From: Eledone cirrhosa | Lineage: Eukaryota | Direction: 5' to 3' | Length of the DNA: 64,000 nt | NCBI GenBank assembly: GCA_964016885.1 | Contig: OZ024740.1 | Span: 130,634,001 to 130,698,000 of the forward strand | Shown: positions 52,127 to 64,000 of the stretch, piece after piece | Position numbering within the stretch: the stretch's first letter is position 1 | Layout: each line of letters opens with the position of its first letter | Translations under genes and position numbers: made by a program | Notes under the pieces: generated by a model | The model's database searches: none | What the model saw: the letters and a program-made list of their open reading frames with translations, nothing else | What the model was told of the DNA's origin: nothing

Positions 52127-54121
52127 ATGGCTAATTCACCTCTGCAACAAGCAGCTGAAAGCCTTCCTCACAAATTAACACCTCACACCGACACCACCAT
52201 TGTAAATGTTACTACGTTTGCCAACACAAAAAAAATATAAGCAGTAGCAATATTTTAAATTTGTCTCAGGCAGACATTCATTTCCCGCCATTACCAATGA
52301 CTGCAGGTGTTAAAGCCTCCACCACCACCACCACCAACGCGACAACCACCACCCCCACCACCACCGCGACAACAGAAACAAAAGAAGAAAAAAATAAATT
52401 AACTCGTGATGTCGAAATGAAATCAAGCAAAATGGACTCTTCCCCACCAAAGACGACAAACGTCACCACCACCACAACTGAAACTAAAATTAATATTAAC
52501 ACAAATAACGATAGCAACAACAACAACAATGACATTATAAAACCGACCCTCAGTTTCGCCATAGTAGCAAAACAGTTTGAAGCATTCACGGTAACTCAGG
52601 AGGATATAGAAAATGCCAAACAAATGGTAAAGAAAGATGGGTACAGGGTCAGTCTCACCCCCCCACCTAATACAATGGAGCATCGGCGCCTATGCACCGT
52701 GTCGTATAGAACAATAAATGTAAAATCGCGCCGAGTGGAACGGGCATCCGAGTCCCAAATCCAAAAAGCTTTGGGACATGTGTGGGCAAGAAAAACCCAC
52801 ATCAGACGTGGGCAAAAGTATGGAACCGTGGATGTGTTCTTTGAAACACCAGAGGAGGCTAGAGAACACTCCATGGCCCCATTAAAAAGTGACGACTTCA
52901 CACTCGTCCCAAGCTATTGTGGCCAGAGACTCGTAAAGATCAGGGTGACCCACGTTCCACCGGCCATCGAAATTCCCTGGCTAATAGCGGCTGTCCTCGC
53001 CGGCATCGAAGCCAACACGAAAATAATAGCAATAGCAAAAGAAAAGCAGAAAACTGGTCCGGATCTGGGATGGAGCTCCTGATCCAAGCGGACCAAAAAA
53101 GCATTGAGGAGATCCCAGAGGTAATAGACCTCACTGACGCAGCCACCTCACGGTAATTGTCGAGGGCAGATGACCTAGGTGTGTCGTTTGTGGTGAAGGA
53201 ACCCACCTAAGGGCTTTCTCTCCTCAGGCTAAAAGGTTGAGGCCACCTCTCCTACCCACCCCAGTGACACAACCATCAACACCACCAGTAGCACAGATGG
53301 CAGCAACAACTGTAGCAGCAACAACAGAAGCAACTATAACAGCAACAACCCCAGCAACAGTAGCAAAACCAACACCACTACCACCACCAGCAAAACCAAC
53401 ACCACCACCACCCAACGCTTCAGAACTAGCACCAGCGCCTACACCATCCACCACACCACAACCAAAACTAACGGCTGTGGAGGATTTTCCACTCCCCGGC
53501 CTATCACAACTGGAGACAGATTGTGACGACGAGGAATGGGAAACGATATCCGGAAATAAAAAAAGAAACCAAAAAAGAAAAAATTCTCTTCCTTCCCCCT
53601 CCAAAAACAAAATACAGAGGGAAACAAATAAACTAAGAAACAAAAAAGTTAGGACAGATATGCCACCATCCACACCAGCATCACCAACCCCATCAACCCA
53701 AACACCAACACCATCACCATCATTAACCCCAGCACCACCATCACCTACACCACAAAAGTCACCAAAATGCGAAACAGAAACAAACCCACAACAAACGCAA
53801 ACAAAACAAAACAACCAAAACGATACACACTACACAGCACTAAATTTGAACAACAAGCAATTATTACACTGCATTCAACACAACACCAGCATCACAGGAA
53901 AAGACTACACAACAACCCCAAAATTCACACCACCTCCACACATACAAATCACTCGCATCACACAGAAAACGTACATGACACTAAAACAAAAATTCCCCAA
54001 AGACATCGGAGACTTCCGCCAAGCACTCTCCAGGAGGATTTATAAGGACATCCTTCCTGAGGAGGCCACAAGTAGTGAAAAGGATGGAAAAACCGTCCTT
54101 CTCCTACGAGAAGTAAGGTAA
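52127..54121 (+). pseudogene. Tx1 ORF1 (T/P-rich, degenerate zinc knuckle), frameshifted
   Basis: ORFs 52261..53082 and 53237..54121; CVVCGEGTHLRAF; ATGGCT start shared with copies 1 and 2. Confidence 0.8.
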
Positions 54122-54155
54122 GTCGTCTTTCCCAATTTTTCCACTCCTTTTCAAC

Positions 54156-57100
54156 ATGACCTCATTCAGAACAGGCAGCATAAATGCGCGTGGCTTGGGG
54201 TCGTCATGGAAGCAGGGCCACCTGCTCAACGACCTCAGGTCACTAAACATAGATGTAGTGGCCATCAGCGAGACCAGAATCTTCGAAGCACAGGCTTTCG
54301 CACCGATCTTCGGCGGCTACGATGTGTACGCATCTCCCAGCCGTCCGGGATCGGGGGGAGGAGTTGCTGTGCTTTTTCGGAGAGGTTTGGATCTTGTCAT
54401 ACGGGCCATCTTCCTGGACCCAGAAGGTAAGTTGGTGGTGCTGGACGTGACCAGCGGAGACGTCCAAGCTTTCAGGTTAGTGGCGGTCTATGCCCCGACA
54501 GGAGCAGGGCGTCCTGATTTCTTCCGGCGTCTGGAGACCTTTCTTGCAACGTCCCGCTCTTTAGTGTTAGTGGGCGTCTGGAACGGGATCCTAGATGCAC
54601 GCTGGGATTGTGTGGGATTAGTGGATAGGGAAGGAGGGTGCAAGAGTCTCACCAACCTGCTCAGACGTTTTGAACTGTCTGACAGGTACAGAATGGATTT
54701 CCCGAATGTACCAACGTGGACTTGGACAAATAGCATAGGGTCATCCAGATCATATCTAGATAGCGTATTTTGTAGGGAAATAGATAGGTCTAGCATAGGC
54801 TGTCCACAATTCAAGATAGTCAGCTACACGGACCACAAATTCGTGATCTGTGTGCTTGAATTAGATAGGCTTCATATACAAGGACCCGGCTACTGGAAGC
54901 TAAACGCGTCCTTACCAGCGCGCAAGGCCTATAGAGATCGGATTAGCGAACTAGTTAAGCGGGCGTTGACTGGGGCCATCGTCAACAACAAGTGGTGGTT
55001 TGCTCTGAAAAGAGCAATTAGAATAGAGTCCATTAGGTTTAGTAAGACTTTAGCAATAGAAAAAAAGAGAGCAGAGGGAGAATTAGTTAGAAAATTAGAT
55101 GAGGCGCTTAGCAAAGGCATCGCGACCGACGTACTTGCGGCGAAATTGGCCCTTGACCAATTCTTCAATGCAAAGCACGAAGGCTGCGTTGTCAGAGCTA
55201 GGGTGCGTGCTCTCAGACACGAGGGGACGAAAGTCGTTCAATGGGCCCGAGTGGCGGAGGCGCGTCGTGGCAACAAAGCCACGATCCGGTCTTTGGTGGA
55301 CCACGACGGGCGCATGCTACTCGATCCCGGGCAAATGTGTGAAGCTTTTCAGCGACACTTCGCTCAACTGTTCGGGGGCAGTGGCGGGCCGGATCGAAGG
55401 ATGGACTTTAGTGTCAACCTCGACGGACTGCCGCGGCTTTCGGCCACTGAGGCGGAGTGTTGCGAAAAGCCGATAACAACCGCTGAAGTACGGGATGCAA
55501 TGACTAGTTCCACAAGGGGTAAATCGCCTGGTTTGGATGGTCTGCTCTATGAACTTTACGTACAAATGCCAAACTTGTTCGGAGGCCTCTTGGCGGACGT
55601 CTACTGCAACTGGCAACAGAACGGGAGAATTCCCAGCTCTGTGAGCCGAGGAGCGGTGGCGCTGCTGAGAAAGGATCCGAACAAGGGGGATAACACAGAT
55701 AATTTTAGGCCCATAACTCTGCTAAACACAGAGTTCAAGATTTTGGCCAAGGTGCTAGCAAAGAGGTTGGCGCTTGTCGTTGGTGGTCTGGTGGGAGAGG
55801 CACAGACATGCGCCATTCCCGACAGATCCATCCACGACAACCTCCACCTCATGCGATACATCGTAGAGAGGGTAGCTAGGGAACCTGGCACGGGTGGGTC
55901 TTTGATCAATTTAGATCAGTCGAAAGCCTTCGATAGGGTCGACCATCGTTACCTAGCGGCAGTCCTGAGGGCGGCTGGCTTTGGGCCCGTCTTCAGGGGC
56001 TGGATCGCTGCCATGCACAGCGACAGCTGCTCTGTAGTGAGAGTGAACGGCCACCTTTCGGAACCGTTCAACATCATGCGCTCGGTCCGCCAAGGATGTC
56101 CCCTCTCGTCCCTATTGTACGTATTGACTCTCGAGCCATTACTGCACAAACTGGAGACGTTGAGGGGGTCCCGCGTTAACTAGGATGCGGAAGATCCGTG
56201 TTAGCATATGCCGACGATACCACCGTAGTGGTGTCGAACGTCAAACACATCGAGGCGATCGGCACTACACTAAGAGAATACGAAGCGGTGACAGGAACAA
56301 TGATCAACCAGGAAAAGTCAGTGGGCCTGCAGCTCGGCTCCTGGAGAGGCAGGTCCATGCCGTCCAACAGCGTCGTCGGGCGCTTGACGGACGGATCGGT
56401 TAAATTGCTAGGGTTCTGGTTCGGTCCAGACCTCCAGACGGACAAAAACTGGCACGAAGTGACGAGCAGGGTGGCTTCTCTCACCCAGAAATGGGCCGAG
56501 AGGAAGCTATCCCTGAAAGGTCGAGCGGAGGTGGCTAACGCGTACATCGCATCCGTTATCTACTACCGCCTGACCGTCGTATCTTGTCCTAAACCACGCC
56601 TGAGTGCGCTGGAGCGTTTGCTCTTTCGCTTCTTGTGGAAGGGACGCGCTCCGATGGTCAGGCGGTCCATCTGCTGTCAACACCCGCTATGTGGAGGGCT
56701 GGGCATGCCGTGGCTGATGATGCGCAGACACGTGCTCAGGCTACGACATCTCCACCTCTTCCTCGACGGTGATCAGGTGTGGTTGCCGTTTGCTAGACAC
56801 GTTTTTCCCCTGCTCGTCTCCTTGACGGAGCTGCAGTCCTGGGTCAAGCGAAGACCGAGAGGGAGCGCTTGGAGACTGGAATGTCTTCAGGCGATCACAG
56901 CCCTCGACCAATCGGGCAAAGTGATCGGTGGAAACTCTCCACCTTGGCGTTCTATAGGGGATTAGTGGAGGGGAAGAGCGACGACGTACTTGGAGAAACT
57001 CTAGGCGTCGACGAAAATCAACTAGCCAATCTCTTCGGAAGGACTTTCGGGCCGGGGCCTATGGACAACTTCCAGAAATCCCTGGCCTGGCAGTGCTACC

Positions 57101-57576
57101 GGGGTGCTATGCCAGTTCGGGATAAACTCTACAGGCATGGAGGTGCCGTCAGCCGGGCATGTCCGAGATGCGCGCAGGGCGACGAAACCGTCCTGCACGC
57201 ACTCGTCCAGTGTCCGAGCATTGCTGAGTTGTGGGTTTATGTCGAACACCTACTGTCACGTGTAGGACGGATCCAGCTATCAGCTGAGTCCATCGTGAGG
57301 ATTGCCCCGCCCCCTTCCTTTAGCCTGGAAGGGCAGGCAGTTTTTATCTGTCTGGTGGCCATGGCGAAAGAGATAGTATAGTGGACACGTTTGAAAGGGC
57401 TGAAGACGAGCACTTACCTCTTCGGTGATGCCCTGATTAACTTTTTCAAATTTCATTTGAAAAGGAAAATCAGGGTAGAGAGGGAAGTGCTCTCTTCCCA
57501 GCATTTTGTTGAAAGATGGGTGAGAGAAGCAAGTATGGCCCGAATGAATGGGCCTTCTCTGAGTATGTGTCTGTAA
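54156..57576 (+). pseudogene. Tx1 ORF2: APE + RT + C-terminal Cys-His motif; frameshifts near 56175 and 56935, stop at 57379
   Basis: INARGL, SETR, TDH, WKLN, KSPGLDG, LDQSKAFD, VRQGCPLS, AYADD, CPRC..ETVLHALVQC. Confidence 0.93.
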
Positions 57577-57840
57577 ATTAAAGGTGGAAAACTGGGAGAG
57601 GGCACTTGCCCTGGTGGTCAGGGCCACTGTGGTCTTTTAATGGGCTTTCCCCACAAATGTCCCTCGGAAGTCTCCCCCCTATTGGGAAATTTTTCTTTGT
57701 TATTTTATTTCAACCTCTGTTTTTTTTACACGCAGAAATGCCCATTTGTACCGTCCTGTATTGTCCTGTACTGTCCTTAATGTCTACTTTATGTAAACCC
57801 TTGTGGTTAATAAAGAAAACATTATTATTATTATTATTAT

Positions 57841-58020
57841 GGCAGTATCGGTAGAGCGTTGGACGTCATGCTTTCTAGCATAGTTAAGTATCTTTAAGGT
57901 CTGTGTTCAAATCCCACCGTGGTTAACTTTTCGTTTCATCCTTATTGGGTCGATAAAATAAAGTACCAGTAAAGTACTGGGTAATTGCTGTCATTGTGCC
58001 AAAAGTAGAAACAATTATTA
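57841..58020 (+). mobile_element. tRNA-head SINE, 5'-clipped
   Basis: Same family as 24736. Confidence 0.85.
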
Positions 58021-58039
58021 TTATTAGTAGTATTATTAT

Positions 58040-61000
58040 TATTTGAGTCTCAAGCATTGATGTTATTTATCTGGAAAGTTTGTTGAAATGATTATCAAGC
58101 CGCTACCTGCAGCCGCAGATATTCAGGTCGTATCGGAGGGTTCTTGCTCGTCCCAGCAAGCATGACTTTTGAAGTATTCCAAAAAGCAGGACTGGACTAA
58201 TCTTCTTTAACCATCCTTGGAAACTCTTTGAGATAGTAACTAGTGCGCCTATGACAATCGGGACGACCTTGAATTCATGGCAGTTCCAAATCCATTTTAC
58301 CTCCCACTTTAAGTCCTGGTATCGATTAATTTTCTCCTCCTTTTCTTGCACTCTCGTGTCCAATGGGCAGGCTACATCTACAATCAGGCACGATCTTTTT
58401 TCCTTGTCCAAAACCACCAGGTCAGGTCATTTGTGTTCCAGTTTCTTGTCCGTCTGTATCCTAAAATCCCATAGCACCTTCACCTGATCGTTTTCTGTCA
58501 CCGACTCTGGCTTATGCTGATACCACTTCTCAGAATGTGGTAAATTGTTTACTTTGCCAGTGGATCACCCTGCCCATCACATCATGTCTCCAGCCTTTAT
58601 AGTGGGTCTGGGCTAGGTGTTTACACTCGGATACAATGTGAGCCACTGTCTCACCTCTCTCTCCACATATCCTGCACATTGGAAAGCCTCCTCCTTGTAA
58701 ATATGGTGTTTCAATCACTATGTTTTGAGGGCCTGCTCTTGCGCAGCCATTAGCATTTCTTATGTAGCCTTTTTAAGGTCTCCGCTTTTCAACCAGTTCC
58801 ATGTCTGTGAATCTCTGAATTCAAGTTTCTCTAAAAGGTACTATGAAGGGATTTTTCATGAAGGCTGCTGTTTCAACGTGTTGTTATTTCCTCCTTGGTC
58901 ATCCCCTGGTCTATTGTCTTCTCCTTCAGTACAATTCTGAGCATTGGCTCCTTACTATCAGTCACGTATTTGTTTATGTTGTTTTTCTCCATGTGAACAC
59001 AGTCCTCTATGCTGATAAAACCTCTTCCATCCTCAGATCTCCTCAAGTAGAGTCTATCGACATCACTCCTCTTGTGGAACATGTTGTATATAGTCAATAG
59101 CTTCCTAGTCTTCCTATCCATTTATTTTTTTCAGCAACATTCCATCTCAGAATTCCAGCACTGTACCTAATAATAGACACAGCTCGGGAATTTACTGCAC
59201 TTATGGCATTCCTACTGTTCAAATGTAACTTTAATACGCTCCTTACTCTCCGAATGTATTCAGATCTCATCAATTCCTTCATTTTTTTGTTCTTGATGTC
59301 ATCAGCCTACAGGACAACCAAATATTTGTATCCTTCTTCAGTGTCAATTTCCTTTATTATCTCACCTGTTGGTACCTGGATTCCGTTGCTTCTGCTCAAT
59401 TGACGCCTCTTCATCCCAAGGACTCCACACTTACTAATACCAAATTGCATACATATGTCATTGCTGAAAATACGGACATTGTCAACAAGCACATCCAACT
59501 TCTTCTCACTCTTCCCGAAGAGCTTAAGATCGTCCATGAAGAGGAGGTGATTGATGGTAAGCTCTCCCTTTCCCAACTTGTATCCTGATCTCACTTTTCG
59601 CAGTATAATGGTCAGGGGCATCAGGGCAAGGGCAAACAACAGAGGGGACAGACTATCTCCCTGGGAGATACCTCTCTTGATCTTCACGCCTCCCAAGGAT
59701 TCTGCAGCTGATGTTAACTCTCTGTTCCAGGACTTCATACTTCTGCCCATCAACTGTCTGATGTTATCTGCCACTTGAAGATCTCTAGGCTTTTGGTGAT
59801 CCAGGAATAGGACACCATGTCAGATGCATTGTGTAGTCTATCCATCCCATGGTCATACCAGTGTGTCTCCTCTTGCAATTGCTCATTACTATCTTATCAA
59901 TAAATAACTGGTCCTTTGTACCACGGGATATCTTTCGGCATCCTTTCTGTTCGTCCGGTAACAAGTTGTTTGTGTGGAGGTGATGGTAGATTTCCTCAGA
60001 CATAATGCTTGTCAACAGTTTCCACATTACGGGCAGACATGTGATAGGTCTATAATTGGTAACATCATTACCCTTGATTCGGTCTTTCATTACCAGAACT
60101 CTGGTACCTTTTGTCAACCACTCTGGTACCTCACATGACATCAAGCAGTCATTGAACATGGTTGTCAGTTTCGGGTGGATGGATGTTATATTTTTAATCC
60201 AATACCCCTGCACGCCATCTGGGCCTGGTGATTTCCAGTTGGTTAGTATTTTGCTCTGCCCCGAAAGAGTTTCAACTTTGATACTCAAATCAGTTTGTTG
60301 GTGTGCCTGTTCATTAATCTCCTTTTGTACTGTCTCAATCCACACTGCCTGGTCATTATGTTTAACATCCTGCTCCCATATTCCTCTCCAGAATGTCTTA
60401 GTTTGTTCCGCCTCAGGCATCAAGTCGTTGCCTCTTTCTTTCCGTTCAAGCTGTCCAAACAACATCTTCTGGTTGTTGTCAAACATGCGGTTCTGTCTGT
60501 ACTGACTGACTCTGCTCTCGTATCGCCTAGAGAGGGTAGAGGGTCGGACGCCATGCTTTCCAGCATAGTTACGTCCCTTTACGATCTGAGTTCAAATCCC
60601 ACCGAGATTGACTTTGCCTTTCATCCTTACGGGGTCGATAAAATAAAGTGCCAGTAATGCACTGGGTAATTGCTGGCCTTGTGCCTAAAGTAGAAACAAT
60701 TATTTATTTGAGCATTCAGATCATTGTCTTCTTCGGATGGTTCCTCCATTCTCTCAACCTCTTCAACTTCATTTCCCACTGGCTCGTTTGCCTGGCATAC
60801 TCCACTCTCCATTTCCAACCTAATCTCACTGCTCAGTTCCTCCAGTTCCAGCTCGCTTATCCACCCATTAATTCTTATTACCCGAGCCTGCCCAGCCAAT
60901 TTTTGTTCGTCTAAATTAAATAGACCAATCTCGTTCCAGATAGTATGCATCCGTTTCCTATAGCCTTTCTGCTTGGGTTTACTCTTCAGGTAACATTGTA

Positions 61001-61225
61001 TAACAGTTCTATTCAATTCTTTCGTCCAGTTGGTTCTGGTCCCTTTCCTTCTTCTTCTTCCTCCGACACCAGCAGTATTTTTGTGACAGCCAGGTCCCTG
61101 CTGCTGAGCGAGGGATCACCTGCCATGACATTCCAGTCTCCACTTCACCGTTATTCGAACTGTTTAGGTTCGACATTTAAACACTCTTATCGAGGTTTGG
61201 TGAATGTGTGGTTACATAACCACCG
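58040..61225 (-). mobile_element. R4/Dong-clade LINE (RT + CCHC + RLE), degenerate, interrupted by a SINE
   Basis: N-term GYRKRMH.IW..EQKLA.Q.R.I; QGDSLSPLLF, LFMDDLK, CRICG..ETVAHIVSEC, RHD, K..RYQDL. Confidence 0.9.
60535..60703 (+). mobile_element. SINE nested in the R4/Dong element
   Basis: Same family as 24736. Confidence 0.88.
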
Positions 61226-61329
61226 GTGATTTCATCACCCCCGGTGATTTTAGTGTGGCACTATCACTCTGTCGACGAACATAAATGAACAAACAAACAA
61301 ATAGGTAACCCCCCCACACACACACACAC

Positions 61330-62000
61330 AACAAAAAAAAAGATTAAGCATAAGTTTCATTGTAATGTAATGTTTGAATGTCTGACTTAGTTTTTTTTTG
61401 CTTATCTGTCTGTTTTTCTTTTCATTTTTCTTTTCTTTGCGTTTTTCGTTGCTGCTGTGCTGTTTTTATTTTTATTTATTTTTTTTATTTTTTAACCGGG
61501 TCATCAAATCAGTCTATTTATATATTTTGATGCCTTCCTCTTTTAGTGGGGGTACTACGATGCCTGTCTTACCACGAGGTAGTGGGAGAGAATACCGGCG
61601 GTAGCGATGATGTGACAGTGGTAGTGGTGATGTGATCGTAGTACTGTAGTGATGGTGTTGAAGTTGAAGTAGAAATAGAAGTTGAGCTAACTTGACTATA
61701 GATTTTGGCGTGGTAGTGGTGATGGTGGCGGTGGTGGTGTTGGTGTTGAAATTATTTGCTGTCTGTCCACTTAGTCATTTTGCCATTTTTCTTTTTTCGA
61801 CTATAACATATCTTATCCAAAATTAAATATTAAATATCGGGGCCCTATGCCGTAAGGTGATGCGTTGTGGCTTGCTGAGCGTAAAAAAACGGTAATCTTA
61901 TATGTCATTTGTAATAAGAATTACTCTATCACAGTTGTTTTAAATAAGTAAAAATCAAAAACATACCGGAGCGATTCCATAACGATATATATCCACCATG
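61330..62000 (-). mobile_element. Probable 5' fragment of a fourth Tx1-like element
   Basis: Minus strand begins after an (ATA)n-like tract, has a cggcatagggccccg hairpin, then aaaaATGGC and a T-rich frame like the ORF1 starts. Confidence 0.45.
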
Positions 62001-62044
62001 TGCGTTTTCTTCCCTTATTATCATTATTATTATTATTATTATTA

Positions 62045-63420
62045 TTGTTATTGTTATTCCTTGAATCTCAGTCATTGATGTTGGTTAACTGGAAAGTCCG
62101 TTGGATTGAATATCAAGCCACTACCTGCAGCCTCAGATATTCAGGACGTATCGGAGGGTTCTTGCCGTTCCAAGCAAGCATGCCTTTTGAAGCGTTCCAA
62201 AAAGCGTGGAGGGGCCGATTTTCTTTAACCATCCCTGGAAACCTTTGGAGATAGTCCCCAGTGCGCCTATGACAATCGGGATCACTTTGACTTCATGGCA
62301 GTTCCAAATCCTTTTCACCTCCCACTTTAGGTCCTGGTATCGGTTAATTTTCTCCCTCTCCTTCTCTTGCACTCTCGTGTCGAACGGGCAGGCAGGCCAC
62401 ATCCACAATCAGGCACGATCTTTTTTCTTTGTCCACAACCACCAGGTCAGGTCTATTGTGTTCCAGTTTTTTGTCCGTCTGTATCCTAAAATCCCACAGC
62501 ACCTTCACCTGACTGTTCTCCATCACCGCCTCTGGCCTATGCTCATACCATTTCTCAGAATGTGGTAGATTGTTTACTTTGCACAGGTGCCAGTGGATCA
62601 CCCTGCCCATCACATCGTGTCTCCAGCCCTTATAGTGGGTCTGGGCTAGGTGTTTACACTCGGACACAATGTGAGCCACAGTCTCCTCTCTCTCTCCACA
62701 GATCCTGCACAGTGGGCTAGCCTCCTCCTTGTAGATATGGTGCTTCAACCACTTCGTTTTGAGGGCCTGCTCCTGCGCAGCCATTAGCATTCCTTCTGTA
62801 GCCTTTTTGAGGTCTCCTCTTCTCAACCAGTTCCATGTCTGTGGATCTCTAAATTCAGTTTTCTCAAAGAAGGTACTATGAAGGGATTTTCCCTTAAGGC
62901 TGCTCTTCCTCCTTGATGTTATTTCCTCCTTGGGTATCCCCTGGCCTACTGTCCCCTCCTTCAGTACAGCTCTGAGCATTGGCTCCTTACTATAGGTCAC
63001 GTATTTGTATAGGTTGTTTTTCTCCATCTGAACACAGTCCTCTATGCTGATAAGACCTCTTCCACCCTCAGATCTCCTTAGGTAGAGTCTATCGACATCA
63101 CTCCTCTTGTGGAACATGTTGTAGATAGTCAATAGCTTCCTAGTCTTCCTATCCATTTCTTTTTGTTCAGCAACATTCCATCTCAGAATTCCCGCACTGT
63201 ACCTAATAATAGACACAGCTCGGGAATTTACTGCGCTTATGGCATTTCTGCTGTTCAGATGTGACTTCAATACGCTCCTTACTCTCCGAATGTATTCAGT
63301 TCTTAACAATTCCTTCATTTTTTTGTTCTTTATGCCATCAGCCTCCAGAACGCCCAAATACTTGTATCCTTCCTCAGAGTCAATTTCCTTTATCATCTCA
63401 CCTGTTGGTATCTGGATCCC
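62045..63420 (-). mobile_element. 5'-truncated R4/Dong copy, better preserved
   Basis: ORFs 62344..63396 and 62133..62408; NRPDLVV; colinear with 58040-59385; (TAA)n on both sides. Confidence 0.92.
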
Positions 63421-63439
63421 TATTATTATTATTATTATT

Positions 63440-63975
63440 ATTATTATAGTTGCATTTATCTTGCTTTAATTTCATACGAGTTATCACCAAGTCAGAACCA
63501 GTGACCTCAAGAGACAACACGGTCCGCCAGGTTCAAGAAAGTACATACAAATCCACACATTCATCTTTAGGTGTTTAGACTTGTGATGTACTTATATTGA
63601 CAATACCTACCTTAGTATAGGGGCAGTTCCTATTAGGACTATCTTTTGTATTTCTCCTGTAGGCGGTTTTCCTGGGAGTTTCGATAAGTAATGATTAGAC
63701 TCATTAGGTATTATTTTAGTTCTCAATTTCCACATTTTTCCAATTTCTGTCTCCAGGTCCTTATACTTGCTGAATTGTCCAAATGTTTTTATAGAGACAT
63801 TCTTGTCTATTAGAACGGACATATCAATTAGCAGACATACCCTCTTTTTAAAGTCCTTCAGTATTATATAATGTCTATTTGCATCTATTTTTCGGTCTGT
63901 TTGGATGCTAAAGTTCCACAAGATTGAGATGTGATCTTTTTCAAATATGGGAGGTGGTTGATTTCCCACCAATTC
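63440..63975 (-). mobile_element. 3' RLE fragment of another R4/Dong-like subfamily
   Basis: ILWNFSIQTDRKIDANR, CLLIDMSV, SKYKDLETEI.KMW. Confidence 0.8.
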
Positions 63976-64000
63976 TTTTGATGGGGCCGGTCAAAATGCT

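Larger units (their letters stand above)
51921..57820 (+). mobile_element. Tx1/L1-clade LINE copy 3, full length, few disruptions
   Basis: 5' UTR, ORF1, ORF2, 3' UTR, aataaa + (ATT)n. Confidence 0.93.

Overview
Eukaryotic, AT-rich, transposon-saturated window with no host gene I can support. The SINE family and microsatellite load suggest an octopod cephalopod (inference). Contents: a near-full-length RTE LINE with three C-terminal C2H2 fingers; Penelope-like elements (PLEs) of Neptune and Naiad type, one forming a ~4.2 kb fold-back; a CR1 fragment; three head-to-tail Tx1/L1-clade LINEs; R4/Dong-type LINEs; eight tRNA-head SINE loci; and mariner relics. Most short ORFs in the track are microsatellite artefacts. 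The unannotated layer is RNA structure: about a dozen type I hammerhead ribozyme (HHR) motifs. These include a 478-bp tandem HHR repeat resembling a retrozyme and several HHRs with 50-90 nt stem II inserts. A Neptune PLE has a separate ~400-codon upstream ORF containing an in-phase U UUU UUA slippery site, with the RT ORF in its -1 frame. In two Tx1 copies the ORF1/ORF2 spacer looks like a 52-nt in-frame intron. Coordinates were read by eye, and no folding or database search was run.
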